The notes beneath the pieces were generated by a model. The model was not told the origin of the DNA and ran no database searches. It was given only the letters and a program-made list of their open reading frames with translations. A stretch of DNA of 26,417 nt, taken from IMG/VR virus record IMGVR_UViG_3300022666_000338, positions 1 to 26,417 of that record; one strand, given 5' to 3'. Source of the DNA: a virus (taxonomy: Duplodnaviria > Caudoviricetes). Below, in pieces: positions 16,158-24,636 of the stretch; positions within the stretch are counted from its first letter, which is position 1, and each line of letters starts with the position of its first letter. Both the position numbers and the translations under genes were made by a program.

Positions 16158-17517
16158 GCATCTCTGGAATCCAGTTTGCCCGCTTCGCGTAATGGCAGAT
16201 CGCAAGCGCGTCTGCGCGGTCAGGCGAACGCAATCCCCGCTTCTTCGCATCGTCCTTCGATTCGATCTTGATTTGTCCCTTGGAAGTCATCGCGTATTTG
16301 ATTGACGCAAGCTGGTTCACGAGCACCGGATCATTCGGAATCGAGATGCGGTTCTTTTCGAAATCCTCGCGCAGACACCAGAATATTTCTGCTTTGAGAT
16401 TCGCGAACCGCTCCGAATCTTCGGCGGCCGATCCGAAATTGACGGGGACGACCGATACGCCCTGCTCTCGCAGCATGTCGGTGACGCCTCCGCCCACGCC
16501 CGTGTCGTCGACTGCGACGAATTCCGCGCCGGAATCCTTGGCGGCAAGTACGAGCCGGCCAGCCGTCTCGTTCGTCGGCCTCCGGTTGACGCACTCGACC
16601 AGCTCATACGTGTTGCCAATGGATTTGAAGATGACTGTCTCGTCTTCGCCGAAACGCGCAACGTCGCATCCGACGCTCTTTCGATCGTCGCCAGGCACTT
16701 CCGCATTTGCCGCCCTTTCGACCCATGAGAGCGGAATCAGCGTGTCCGAACCTTCGACTGGAAACTGTCCGAGCACCTTGGCTTGGAACAGCGGGCTTGT
16801 TTCACCCCATTCCGCCTTTCGCTCTTCAACCCAATCAGCCGAAACGGCGCCGGGAATTACGATTTCACCCGTTGTAACGTTCGGGTGATCAAGGCATGAG
16901 ATTTCGATCTTGTGCCAGATCGGGCTTTTGAAGGTGTCGTAGAACGGACCGGACGGGCTCGCAGGGTTTCCAATCGCCACAATGCGGTTGTTTGCCCCCG
17001 TGGCGAGAGATGTCGCGCCTGTCCACGTTTCTGGCGGTACGCCCGCCGCTTCATCAAGAATGACCAATAAATTGGGCGAATGAAAACCCTGAAGTTTCGT
17101 GGAACCGAAATCGCGCTGGTCGACGCCTTCGCGGGTCGAGATACCGAGCGCAAAACAATCCTCGGAAACCTTCCATTGGGTCGTAAGCAATTCGCCCCCG
17201 AGCGGGATACGAGACGATCGGTACGCTGCCGCAATCTCTCCCCAAAGCACTTTTTCGACCTGCGTCCACGTCGGAGCGGTCGTCACCACCTTGGATGGTT
17301 TGAACACGGTCAAAAACCAGATAGCAAGTCGTGCCATGAGCCATGACTTCCCTACCCCGTGTCCCGATCGGACGGTGACTCGTTTGTGGCCGACCACGGA
17401 CTCTGCGACTTCGATTTGCTTCTCCCAGAGCACCGCTTCAGGCCAGCATAATTTCACGAATCCTACGGGGTCGCGCTGGAGCCTAAGCAGGATTCCTTCG
17501 GTTCGCCGACTTGCCAT
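16147..17517 (-). CDS. terL: Terminase large subunit
   Basis: Walker A VRSGHGVGKS, Walker B LVILDEA, IGNP coupling motif, nuclease GCDVARFG and SPDRADAL. Confidence 0.95.
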   Translation of the reverse strand: MASRRTEGILLRLQRDPVGFVKLCWPEAVLWEKQIEVAESVVGHKRVTVRSGHGVGKSWLMARLAIWFLTVFKPSKVVTTAPTWTQVEKVLWGEIAAAYRSSRIPLGGELLTTQWKVSEDCFALGISTREGVDQRDFGSTKLQGFHSPNLLVILDEAAGVPPETWTGATSLATGANNRIVAIGNPASPSGPFYDTFKSPIWHKIEISCLDHPNVTTGEIVIPGAVSADWVEERKAEWGETSPLFQAKVLGQFPVEGSDTLIPLSWVERAANAEVPGDDRKSVGCDVARFGEDETVIFKSIGNTYELVECVNRRPTNETAGRLVLAAKDSGAEFVAVDDTGVGGGVTDMLREQGVSVVPVNFGSAAEDSERFANLKAEIFWCLREDFEKNRISIPNDPVLVNQLASIKYAMTSKGQIKIESKDDAKKRGLRSPDRADALAICHYAKRANWIPEMLWI

Positions 17518-17860
17518 AGAGCGAGTAGATGAAGTCCTGCAAATTATCGATGCTCACACCTCCAGACATTTCGACGGAAGTCAGCGCCTTGCCTGCCGAT
17601 TGGTCGAGCAAGTATTTGACCATGTCGGGATTCGGTTCGCGTTCGTAAACCTTGGAACGCTTGCCGTCCTTGCCTGGAACGTAGACCACGATGCCTTTGG
17701 CGAGATCGATGGCGGAATCCATTATCGGTTGGAATTCCTCTTCGATGCGATCAAGCATCTTCTGCCGCATCTGGTTCCGCTTGATGGTTTCCGGATTCAA
17801 AGTCCCGAGCGGTCTCCCGCCTAATTTCCCGTTTTCCCTGCTGGACTTCGATTTCGGCAT
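17483..17860 (-). CDS. terS: Terminase small subunit (putative)
   Basis: Overlaps the terL start; basic N-terminus NGKLGGRPLG and LLDQSAGKA...VEMSG pattern. Confidence 0.7.
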   Translation of the reverse strand: MPKSKSSRENGKLGGRPLGTLNPETIKRNQMRQKMLDRIEEEFQPIMDSAIDLAKGIVVYVPGKDGKRSKVYEREPNPDMVKYLLDQSAGKALTSVEMSGGVSIDNLQDFIYSLYGKSANRRNPA

Positions 17861-17876
17861 ACGAAAACCTAAAAAC

Positions 17877-19109
17877 CTAAAACTTGGCTAACTTTACAGC
17901 CTGCTTTCCGGTGAATTTCTCCCATCTGTCGACGATAACGTCGCAATAGGCCGGATCCATTTCGATCATGTAGCACCGCCGTTCGACCTGCTCTGCTGCG
18001 ATAAGCGTGGAACCTGAACCGCCAAAGCAATCGAGCACGATTCCGTCCTGCGGAGCGCTGTTCAGGATGGCTTTGGCGCAGAGCCGGACCGGTTTCATGG
18101 TCGGATGTTCCGGTGATTTGGTCGGACGGTCGAAAAACCAAACATCGCCTTGCTTCCGTCCGCCGTACCACGCATGACGCGTCCATCCATACAGAATTGG
18201 TAGTGCTTCGACGTCCTCGTTCGGATCGTCAAGTTTCGCGTCCTGCTCTTGGGATAGACCATGCATGATCGGTTCGGATTGGTGCTGGTAGTCGGAACCC
18301 CCGAGCGTAAATCGCTGCTTCGCCCAGACGATATATCCCTGCCAATGTCCGCCGGCATCCGTGAACGCCTGCCAGAGTGAATGCAGTTCTCCGTATGACA
18401 TGCAGACGTAGAACGCGCCCGAAACATGGGCGACAAGATTGGCCATCACCTTGCGAAGGAACGCGACGAATTCATCCCGTGGCATTTCGTCGTTGGCGAT
18501 TTTCTTCCGGCGCTTCCCAGACCCGCCGACGTAGCCCATGTTGTACGGCGGATCCGTAAAACACATGCTGGCTTTCGCGCCTTCGAGCAAACGGTCAAAA
18601 CAGTCCGGATTGGTCGAGTCTCCGCACAAAAGCCTATGAACACCAAGTTGATACACGTCTCCCGTCTTGGTTTTGGGGTTCTCTGGCACGATCGGGTCGT
18701 AGTCGTCCTCGACCGGCTCCTTGGCGAGGCGGTTCAACGCTTCGGTTATTTCGTCTTCGTCGAAACCAGAGAGCCTGCGCGACTCGGCATCCAGCTCGTC
18801 CAGGAGTCTGGCGAGCATGTCCATGTCCCATTCGCCCGAGATGCGGTTGAGCGCGAGGTTCAGCGCCTTCTCCCGATCCTTGGGAATGTCGACGCGGATG
18901 CACGGCACTTCGGCCATGCCGAGGCGTTCTGCCGCCTTGATGCGTTGGTGCCCGCCGATGACCGTCCCGTCCGCGTTTATGATGACCGGATCCACGAAAC
19001 CGAACGCGCGGATGGACTCCGTGAGTTTCGAGAGTTCGCGTTCGCTGATGGAACGCGGATTGTATTCCGCCGGTTTGAGCGCGGTGATTGTTATTTGTTC
19101 GTATTGCAT
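17877..19109 (-). CDS. ParB-like domain + N6-A/N4-C DNA methyltransferase (beta class)
   Basis: YNPR, FGFVDPVII, IGGHQR (ParB); FTDPPY, HPTMKP, LDCFGGSGST. Start re-called at MQYEQI. Confidence 0.92.
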   Translation of the reverse strand: MQYEQITITALKPAEYNPRSISERELSKLTESIRAFGFVDPVIINADGTVIGGHQRIKAAERLGMAEVPCIRVDIPKDREKALNLALNRISGEWDMDMLARLLDELDAESRRLSGFDEDEITEALNRLAKEPVEDDYDPIVPENPKTKTGDVYQLGVHRLLCGDSTNPDCFDRLLEGAKASMCFTDPPYNMGYVGGSGKRRKKIANDEMPRDEFVAFLRKVMANLVAHVSGAFYVCMSYGELHSLWQAFTDAGGHWQGYIVWAKQRFTLGGSDYQHQSEPIMHGLSQEQDAKLDDPNEDVEALPILYGWTRHAWYGGRKQGDVWFFDRPTKSPEHPTMKPVRLCAKAILNSAPQDGIVLDCFGGSGSTLIAAEQVERRCYMIEMDPAYCDVIVDRWEKFTGKQAVKLAKF

Positions 19110-20164
19110 AGGATTGTTCTTGCGACATGTTCGACCACTCGGCTTACGACTCCGTTCCCGCACATCTTGTACCGCTGGGTGTCGCTCATTTCGATTTCGT
19201 TCCCCTTTTCGTCGATTCCCCATCTCGTCCATTCGTCCGGCCATGACATGAGGCGTTCGCATTCGAGCGGAGTGAGGCGTCTGACTCGGATACCGTCCGT
19301 GACGCCTGATACTTCGGCGGTGCGGTGGCTGTATCCCTTGGCATATCTGGCTTGGATCGTCCGTGCGGCAGACGTGATCTTGGGATTTTCCGTGCTGAGA
19401 TCGATGAAGGCGATTCCTCCCGTATTGGCTCCATCGATTGTGAAGGCGTAGTCTCCCTCGATTTTCTTCTGGTTGCGGTTCAGGTATTTGAGCGGGCAAC
19501 GGACGGCGTAACAGCCGGTCTTAGCACCTATGCCTCCGCCGTTTGCCTTGAGTGTCCGTGCTACGCCGTGTTCGGAATAGACGCGCTCTGCTTGAGCGAC
19601 CCGAGACGTGATTTCGCTAAGATTCGCTTCAGTACCTTGAGGCTCAAAAAATACTTCTCGTGTACGTTCGCCTCGAGTACCGATGATAAAGACGCGCTCG
19701 CGGTTTTGAGGGACGCCGAAGTCTCTTGCGTTGAGAATCTGCCATGAGAGAGCGTAGCCCTCTTCGGCCAGCGCATTGAGAATGAAGGCGAAGTCTCTTC
19801 CTCCATTCGATGACAAAGCGCCTTTAACGTTTTCCCAGATGAAATGGCGTGGCTTTTTCTCGTGCAAGGCGCGGACGTACTCCGCGAACAGTCCTGATCG
19901 CGACCCTTCGAGTCCCGCTCGCTTTCCAGCGATGGACAGGTCTTGGCATGGGCTTCCGCCGACAAGAAGGTCAAAGTCGGGAACGTCTTTCCAGTTGATT
20001 GATTGGATGTCTCCATAATTTTTGATTGTGGGGAATTTTCGCTTGAGCACCGCTGATGCGTATTTATCTATCTCGCTCATGCCGACGCATTGCGATCGAG
20101 GCATGCCCGCTGAAATGCCGAGTTCGAATCCGCCCACTCCGGTAAAAAGGGAAAAATACTTCAT
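19091..20164 (-). CDS. dcm: C5-cytosine DNA methyltransferase
   Basis: Motifs SLFTGVGG, GGSPCQ, ENV, QNRERVF, RRLTPLECERL, YKMCGNGV. Confidence 0.95.
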   Translation of the reverse strand: MKYFSLFTGVGGFELGISAGMPRSQCVGMSEIDKYASAVLKRKFPTIKNYGDIQSINWKDVPDFDLLVGGSPCQDLSIAGKRAGLEGSRSGLFAEYVRALHEKKPRHFIWENVKGALSSNGGRDFAFILNALAEEGYALSWQILNARDFGVPQNRERVFIIGTRGERTREVFFEPQGTEANLSEITSRVAQAERVYSEHGVARTLKANGGGIGAKTGCYAVRCPLKYLNRNQKKIEGDYAFTIDGANTGGIAFIDLSTENPKITSAARTIQARYAKGYSHRTAEVSGVTDGIRVRRLTPLECERLMSWPDEWTRWGIDEKGNEIEMSDTQRYKMCGNGVVSRVVEHVARTILCNTNK

Positions 20165-20490
20165 ACGGCCTTAATGCCGAGGGCGTCGGCGACGCTTTCC
20201 CATGAACGCGCGAGCACATAGGTACCTCCGGCGGATTCGATTCGTCTCTGCCAAAGCTTCTGCTCGTCTCGTTGCCGTCCTTCCGGCGATTTGACCTCGA
20301 TGCCGATGAACGAGCCGTTAATCACGCAGACGATGTCGGGCATGCCTACGTTGAAGGCGTCTGATTTTCGAAAACCGATGATGGCCTTCCCCTTCCTGAT
20401 CGGAATTGGCGCGGGCTGGCAACGGAACGCGAGAATGTTCCGGTAGCGAAGGTTCGCGAGTATGGCGTATTGGATGTCTGATTCCCTCAT
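20161..20490 (-). CDS. VRR-NUC domain nuclease (putative Holliday junction resolvase)
   Basis: MRESDIQ start, GMPDIV, IEVKSPEGRQRDEQ, AGGTYVLARS. The start at 20490 is supported by motif A. Confidence 0.88.
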   Translation of the reverse strand: MRESDIQYAILANLRYRNILAFRCQPAPIPIRKGKAIIGFRKSDAFNVGMPDIVCVINGSFIGIEVKSPEGRQRDEQKLWQRRIESAGGTYVLARSWESVADALGIKAV

Positions 20491-20539
20491 GCGTACAAGC
20501 ATAGGCGCGCGAAGGCTTGAAAATGCGCACTTATCCACG
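20491..20539 (-). promoter_or_regulatory. Promoter-like motif copy A (upstream of the VRR-NUC/methylase/terminase block)
   Basis: Minus strand: CGTGGATAA-N27-TATGCT-N7-ATG. Confidence 0.7.
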
Positions 20540-20929
20540 TTTTCCGACGGTCGGAGCGAACAGAGGCGGTGGTTTGTCGACGTACACGATGACGGCCTTT
20601 GGAATTTCGTGTCCTCGATCTACGAGGGCAGACAACCGTCCCGCAAGCCTGTCCGCCGTGCAAAGCCACCGATCCGCGGAGAGTTCGAGCTCTTGGTCTT
20701 TGCAGGAAAGGTAGCGTTCGTACGCTTCGTTCAATGAGCAGATGAGGCTTTCTTCTTTGCTTGGGATGTCCTCGACCTGCCAGATCCGCCTCTCTGCCCA
20801 TTTCGCAAGCTCGGCCATCGAGACATGAATGGAGCCGCGCCTTCGCCGGAGCAGGTATGCATGGCCGTCCGAACCCATGATGAGGATGGAAAGCACGTCG
20901 ACCTTGAGTAAGTTGCGTTGGGCTATCAT
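20531..20929 (-). CDS. Hypothetical protein (132 aa)
   Basis: Tiles the operon; no motif recognised. Confidence 0.6.
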   Translation of the reverse strand: MIAQRNLLKVDVLSILIMGSDGHAYLLRRRRGSIHVSMAELAKWAERRIWQVEDIPSKEESLICSLNEAYERYLSCKDQELELSADRWLCTADRLAGRLSALVDRGHEIPKAVIVYVDKPPPLFAPTVGKRG

Positions 20930-20932
20930 GGT

Positions 20933-21109
20933 TCATGTTTTTGGAGGTTCGAATTTCGGGATCTTCCGGACCGGTACGAGCCTGACCTCCCATAGCCCGT
21001 TTCGCTGTTCGACCATGACGGATTCGAACGTCCGGCGGTTCGCCTTCTCGGCAAATTTGTCTGCGTTTCCCTTATCGCGAAAACGCGCGACGATTTCCTT
21101 CTGCTGCAT
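20933..21109 (-). CDS. Hypothetical protein (58 aa; MQQKEIVARFRDKGNADKFAEK...)
   Basis: Hand-translated ORF filling the gap between 21128 and 20929; below the ORF-track cutoff. Confidence 0.65.
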   Translation of the reverse strand: MQQKEIVARFRDKGNADKFAEKANRRTFESVMVEQRNGLWEVRLVPVRKIPKFEPPKT

Positions 21110-21127
21110 AAATTGTGAATCCGCTTT

Positions 21128-21340
21128 TTAATCAAGAAGCCGCTGAAAGCGGGAAATGATTCGGTCCATGCGATCGCGGTACCAATCCTCGAATGGCGTT
21201 TGCGATCCAGAGCGTTCCCAGAGACGATAGAGAGTCGACCGCAGGCGTTGGCTTTGCGTGGGCGCGCGGTATTCGTCACGCCGACATGAGATCTCGAGAA
21301 AACGTCCAACGGGTAGAGCGTCAGGATGGTTTTGGCGCAT
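21128..21340 (-). CDS. Hypothetical phage protein (70 aa)
   Basis: TQSQRLRSTLYRLW...FEDWYRDRMDRII helical pattern; tiles the operon. Confidence 0.65.
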   Translation of the reverse strand: MRQNHPDALPVGRFLEISCRRDEYRAPTQSQRLRSTLYRLWERSGSQTPFEDWYRDRMDRIISRFQRLLD

Positions 21341-21809
21341 ATGATTCGGATGAAAGCAGAGCCGCTACAGGCTTGAATCCGCCTGCAAGTCTCGGAGCTT
21401 CCGATTTGGCTGCGAGCATTTTGGCTTTGCGCTCTGGAACGGTTAGCGCGCGGTACTCGCGTTCGAATTCTTCAGGCGTCGGCACGCTGTCTCGCGCGAC
21501 TTCAGGGTAATAAACAGGATCGAGACGGACGGTGCGCAGTCCGCGTTGGTCTGGAGCGGAATCCGCGTCGAACCATTCGCCGAATTGCTTTACGACCCTT
21601 GTTCCATCATGCAGTACGCCTTGGGTCTGTTTTTGCCGTCCTTCGATTTCGTCTGATGCTTCTTCGGGAAAAGCATCCGCAACGGATTTTAAATTTACGA
21701 ATACGCCCGTCCGATTGCAGGCGACGCCTCCGTCTCGGATGAGCGCGGCATATTCTTCTTCCGTCAGGACGTGCCTGTCGTTGTTGATCATTTTCACGAT
21801 AAAACTCAT
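21321..21809 (-). CDS. Hypothetical protein following the replication initiator (helicase-loader position)
   Basis: ATGA overlap with the initiator stop (start MSFIVKM). Function inferred from position only. Confidence 0.65.
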   Translation of the reverse strand: MSFIVKMINNDRHVLTEEEYAALIRDGGVACNRTGVFVNLKSVADAFPEEASDEIEGRQKQTQGVLHDGTRVVKQFGEWFDADSAPDQRGLRTVRLDPVYYPEVARDSVPTPEEFEREYRALTVPERKAKMLAAKSEAPRLAGGFKPVAALLSSESYAPKPS

Positions 21810-22576
21810 ACGATGGTTGCTCCTCTCCCCCGTTTGACGGGATCGAACTTGTCGACCTTTTCCATCCACGTCGCTATGCGTCGGTAGACCTCGAAAGTCC
21901 GCTGCAATTCCCAGCGCTGCTTGGTTCCCGAGCGGTTCCGCTCGGTCCAGTAGCCGACGAATTTTCGGATCTCGGAACGTACCGGCTCAACCGGCGCGGA
22001 CTTGGCTTCCGCGATTCGCAAAGCCAGAGCTTCCTGTTCGCTAGGATCATGGAAAAAAGTTTTTGCCGTTTGGCTTGGGGTCAGCGCGGGAGCGCCTCTC
22101 TCAGAATCCGAATCCGTATCGGAATCAATATCCGTCTCAGAATCAGGCTCTAATGCGGATGCCCCTTCCATATCCCCTGCATGACCCATTGAAGGGGTAT
22201 CAGTTCTTGGCTTAGCTGACGTGATTTTTTTCACGCGAACGAGTATTTCTTTCGGGATGCCCTTCTTTTCGTTTTCGATGCCTATCCTCACTTTGGAATT
22301 GCCACGAGCGAATTGGTGCCGTTCGAAATTACGGATAAAAACCCACCCGTCGAAATAGTAGATTTTTCCGTTGAGCCGCTCGAGGATTTTCACGAGTTCT
22401 CTTTCCCTCACGCCTGTTTCATAAGCGATCGTGCGAAGCGGGAGCTCGTAGATGCCGCAGATGCTCGTATGCTCATTCGTAAGGAAATACAAGAACAGGT
22501 ATCTCTCGATAGGCGTAAGCGCGACGATGAAGCTATCGCTCCAGAATCGCGTGTTGATGAATCGTTGTTTTGCCAT
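21806..22576 (-). CDS. Phage replication initiator / replisome organiser-like protein
   Basis: N-terminal wHTH-like RFINTRFWSD...RYLFLYFLTN...GIYELPLRTIAYETG, low-complexity DSETDIDSDTDSDSE linker, C-terminal KFVGYW...IATW domain. Confidence 0.8.
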   Translation of the reverse strand: MAKQRFINTRFWSDSFIVALTPIERYLFLYFLTNEHTSICGIYELPLRTIAYETGVRERELVKILERLNGKIYYFDGWVFIRNFERHQFARGNSKVRIGIENEKKGIPKEILVRVKKITSAKPRTDTPSMGHAGDMEGASALEPDSETDIDSDTDSDSERGAPALTPSQTAKTFFHDPSEQEALALRIAEAKSAPVEPVRSEIRKFVGYWTERNRSGTKQRWELQRTFEVYRRIATWMEKVDKFDPVKRGRGATIV

Positions 22577-22602
22577 ATGTCCTCCATGGAGCCACGCGCC
22601 GA

Positions 22603-22890
22603 TTAGGCGTGACCGACGCGCAGCCCCCTTGCGTCATCGTCTAGGATTGAGAGATCTTTGATCTCCTTCTCGCGCTGGCGCGAAACGGCTCGCACGACGT
22701 CCTCGAACGCCATCCGTGCTAAGTCATTTTGTTCGCGCACCCGCATCCGCTCGACCACGTTCAATACCCAGTCGAGCGAACGGATTTGTCCGACCTTTCG
22801 TTTTTGCATGAGCGCGACGTTTTTTGCCTGCTCATCCCTGCCCATGCGGCGAAACGGCGCCGCATGGGTTGCGCGTTGTGCCTCCTGCAT
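22603..22890 (-). CDS. Hypothetical protein
   Basis: Tiles the operon; ATG at 22890 or TTG at 22902. Confidence 0.6.
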   Translation of the reverse strand: MQEAQRATHAAPFRRMGRDEQAKNVALMQKRKVGQIRSLDWVLNVVERMRVREQNDLARMAFEDVVRAVSRQREKEIKDLSILDDDARGLRVGHA

Positions 22891-22898
22891 AACGCGGA

Positions 22899-23144
22899 TC
22901 AAAATGGGATGTCGTCCAAGTTAACCTCGTCGGTCGCGGTGGACGTCTGATCCGCCGGTGCATGCTGTTCCCGCCGTTCCTCGGAAACGATGATTTGGTA
23001 GTCCGGCTGATTTTCTTTCTCCTTCCGGTCGTTCTTGAAGATCGCGATGCGGATTTCTCCGCGCAGATCCTCAAGTACGCCGGAAAAGTATTTCTTCCCG
23101 TCTTTGGTTTCCTTGAGCCATAGGGCTCCGATTTTTCGTGACAT
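22899..23144 (-). CDS. Minimal single-stranded DNA-binding-like protein (DUF736-like) with SSB-type tail
   Basis: IGALWLK...GKKYFSG...NDRKEKENQPDY and acidic C-terminus DEVNLDDIPF, matching the bacterial SSB tail. Confidence 0.75.
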   Translation of the reverse strand: MSRKIGALWLKETKDGKKYFSGVLEDLRGEIRIAIFKNDRKEKENQPDYQIIVSEERREQHAPADQTSTATDEVNLDDIPF

Positions 23145-23155
23145 AGGTTTGGTGG

Positions 23156-23398
23156 TTAATCGTTCAACGCCTTCTTGAGCAATGACGAGATTTCCTCGTA
23201 CACGCTCACGGCGTAGAGCGATTTGTGAGCCTGTTCCTCGGGATCGTAGACGCTCTTGAGTCGGTGGTTATCGCGCATGCGAGCACTCCACGTCTCGGCG
23301 TCTTCCTTGAATTCCCAAACGCTCGCGTCCACGTCTTTGATAAGGCGCTCGTAGATTTCAATGCGGATTTTCTTGAGCGTTTCCATGGATGCCTTCAT
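23156..23398 (-). CDS. Hypothetical protein (80 aa)
   Basis: ATGA-coupled to the upstream gene. Confidence 0.7.
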   Translation of the reverse strand: MKASMETLKKIRIEIYERLIKDVDASVWEFKEDAETWSARMRDNHRLKSVYDPEEQAHKSLYAVSVYEEISSLLKKALND

Positions 23399-23583
23399 AC
23401 TTCTTCGTCCTCCTTTCCTTTCAGGTATTCGGCCTTGAGAGTCGAATACTGTTTGTGAATCTCGAGCACCGTCTTCCGATCGAGGCCGGATAAGCGGCTG
23501 ACTGCGACGATGTCGAACATGTTCGTCACGCCGGATCGGCGAACGTCCTCGTATGCCAAGAATTCTTCTTTGGTGATAGGCAT
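23395..23583 (-). CDS. Small phage protein, DUF5049-like
   Basis: RRSGVTNMFD motif recalled from that family. Confidence 0.6.
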   Translation of the reverse strand: MPITKEEFLAYEDVRRSGVTNMFDIVAVSRLSGLDRKTVLEIHKQYSTLKAEYLKGKEDEEV

Positions 23584-23587
23584 ATGG

Positions 23588-23851
23588 TTAGAACGTTTCC
23601 TCGGCGAACGCTTCGGAATCCGTGTCCTCGAGTTCGACGGTGAGTGAATCTTTGGCGTGCTCGATGGACTTCTTCCATTCGAGCACGGCGCGCGTCGCGC
23701 TGAACGTCGCTTCCTGATTTTCCTGATGCGCGAGATACGAACTCATTTCTTGCATGAGCGCTGCGTGGAACATCTCTCCTGACTTCGCGGCTTTGATTGA
23801 TGCGTCATGAGCCTTGGCTTGGAGCTGGTCAAACGTGTAAAAGTTTTCCAT
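23588..23851 (-). CDS. Hypothetical protein (87 aa)
   Basis: Tiles the operon, TGA-T-ATG junction. Confidence 0.7.
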   Translation of the reverse strand: MENFYTFDQLQAKAHDASIKAAKSGEMFHAALMQEMSSYLAHQENQEATFSATRAVLEWKKSIEHAKDSLTVELEDTDSEAFAEETF

Positions 23852-23852
23852 A

Positions 23853-24632
23853 TCAAGCTTTGGCTAATTCCTTTTCGCGCTTCTTTAGCGCGAAGCAGGC
23901 TAAGAACGCGGATTCGTCCGTTTTGAAGTCGTCCTTCGTGTATTCGTATGGCGTGCAGACTCCGGATTCCTTGTCGAAATGCAGGATCATGGCGCCGTCC
24001 AGCACTTCGCCGTTCTCTTCCTCGTATGCGAGGCAGTAGCCGGCGACTTGATAGCGCATTTCCGTATACACGCCCTTGGCGGTCTTGTAGTCGATGAGCA
24101 TCCGCTTGCCGTTAACGGTCGCGATCGCGTCGACCAATCCCGCGTAACCGTGGACGCGCGAGTAGATGAGCTTTTCGGCGTGTTCGAATCGCACGTCATG
24201 TTCGTTGAACCAATTCAGGAACGCGTTGATACCGGCGCGGACGCGTTCGTCCGAATCGTCAGGAATCGACGGCACGTCGGATCGATGGATGACTGCAAGC
24301 GCGAATGCTTCCGCGTACGCGTGCACCATGTCCCCGACGGACGCGGCCTGTTCCTTTTTGATCTGGTGTTGGCGAACGGCTTCCTCGATGATCGGAACGA
24401 TCTCCTCGACCGTGAACGGTCCGGAGTTGGATTCGAGGAATGAACGGAGATGCTTTTCGGCAAGCCCGACTGCCCAAGGAATGAGGAATCGGGACTTGTC
24501 GATGATGCCCGTGCAGGCCGTGACCGAAAGCAGGTATTCTTTCGAACCTTCGATCCGGTAACGATGCGAGTCAGGCAGGTGCTCGAGCGTGATTTCACCG
24601 CCGTAGAGCTTCTCGGTGATTTTTTCAGCCAT
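23853..24632 (-). CDS. PD-(D/E)XK exonuclease (phage recombination nuclease)
   Basis: SVT..GII, GDMVH, AEKLIYS, AGLVDAI, LIDYKT, QVAGY. Confidence 0.88.
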   Translation of the reverse strand: MAEKITEKLYGGEITLEHLPDSHRYRIEGSKEYLLSVTACTGIIDKSRFLIPWAVGLAEKHLRSFLESNSGPFTVEEIVPIIEEAVRQHQIKKEQAASVGDMVHAYAEAFALAVIHRSDVPSIPDDSDERVRAGINAFLNWFNEHDVRFEHAEKLIYSRVHGYAGLVDAIATVNGKRMLIDYKTAKGVYTEMRYQVAGYCLAYEEENGEVLDGAMILHFDKESGVCTPYEYTKDDFKTDESAFLACFALKKREKELAKA

Positions 24633-24636
24633 ATGG

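Noticed and set aside
16110-16250. Upstream extensions of ORF-track starts (portal 16250, capsid 13222, methylase 19499, VRR-NUC 20538, gp10-like 10862, Sak4 25530)
   Set aside because: They overlap neighbouring genes or regulatory elements; downstream ATGs fit junction patterns and family N-termini better.
23853-24632. Possible Cas4 / CRISPR association of the PD-(D/E)XK nuclease
   Set aside because: No four-Cys cluster pattern, no array and no other cas genes; the context is Sak4 recombination.
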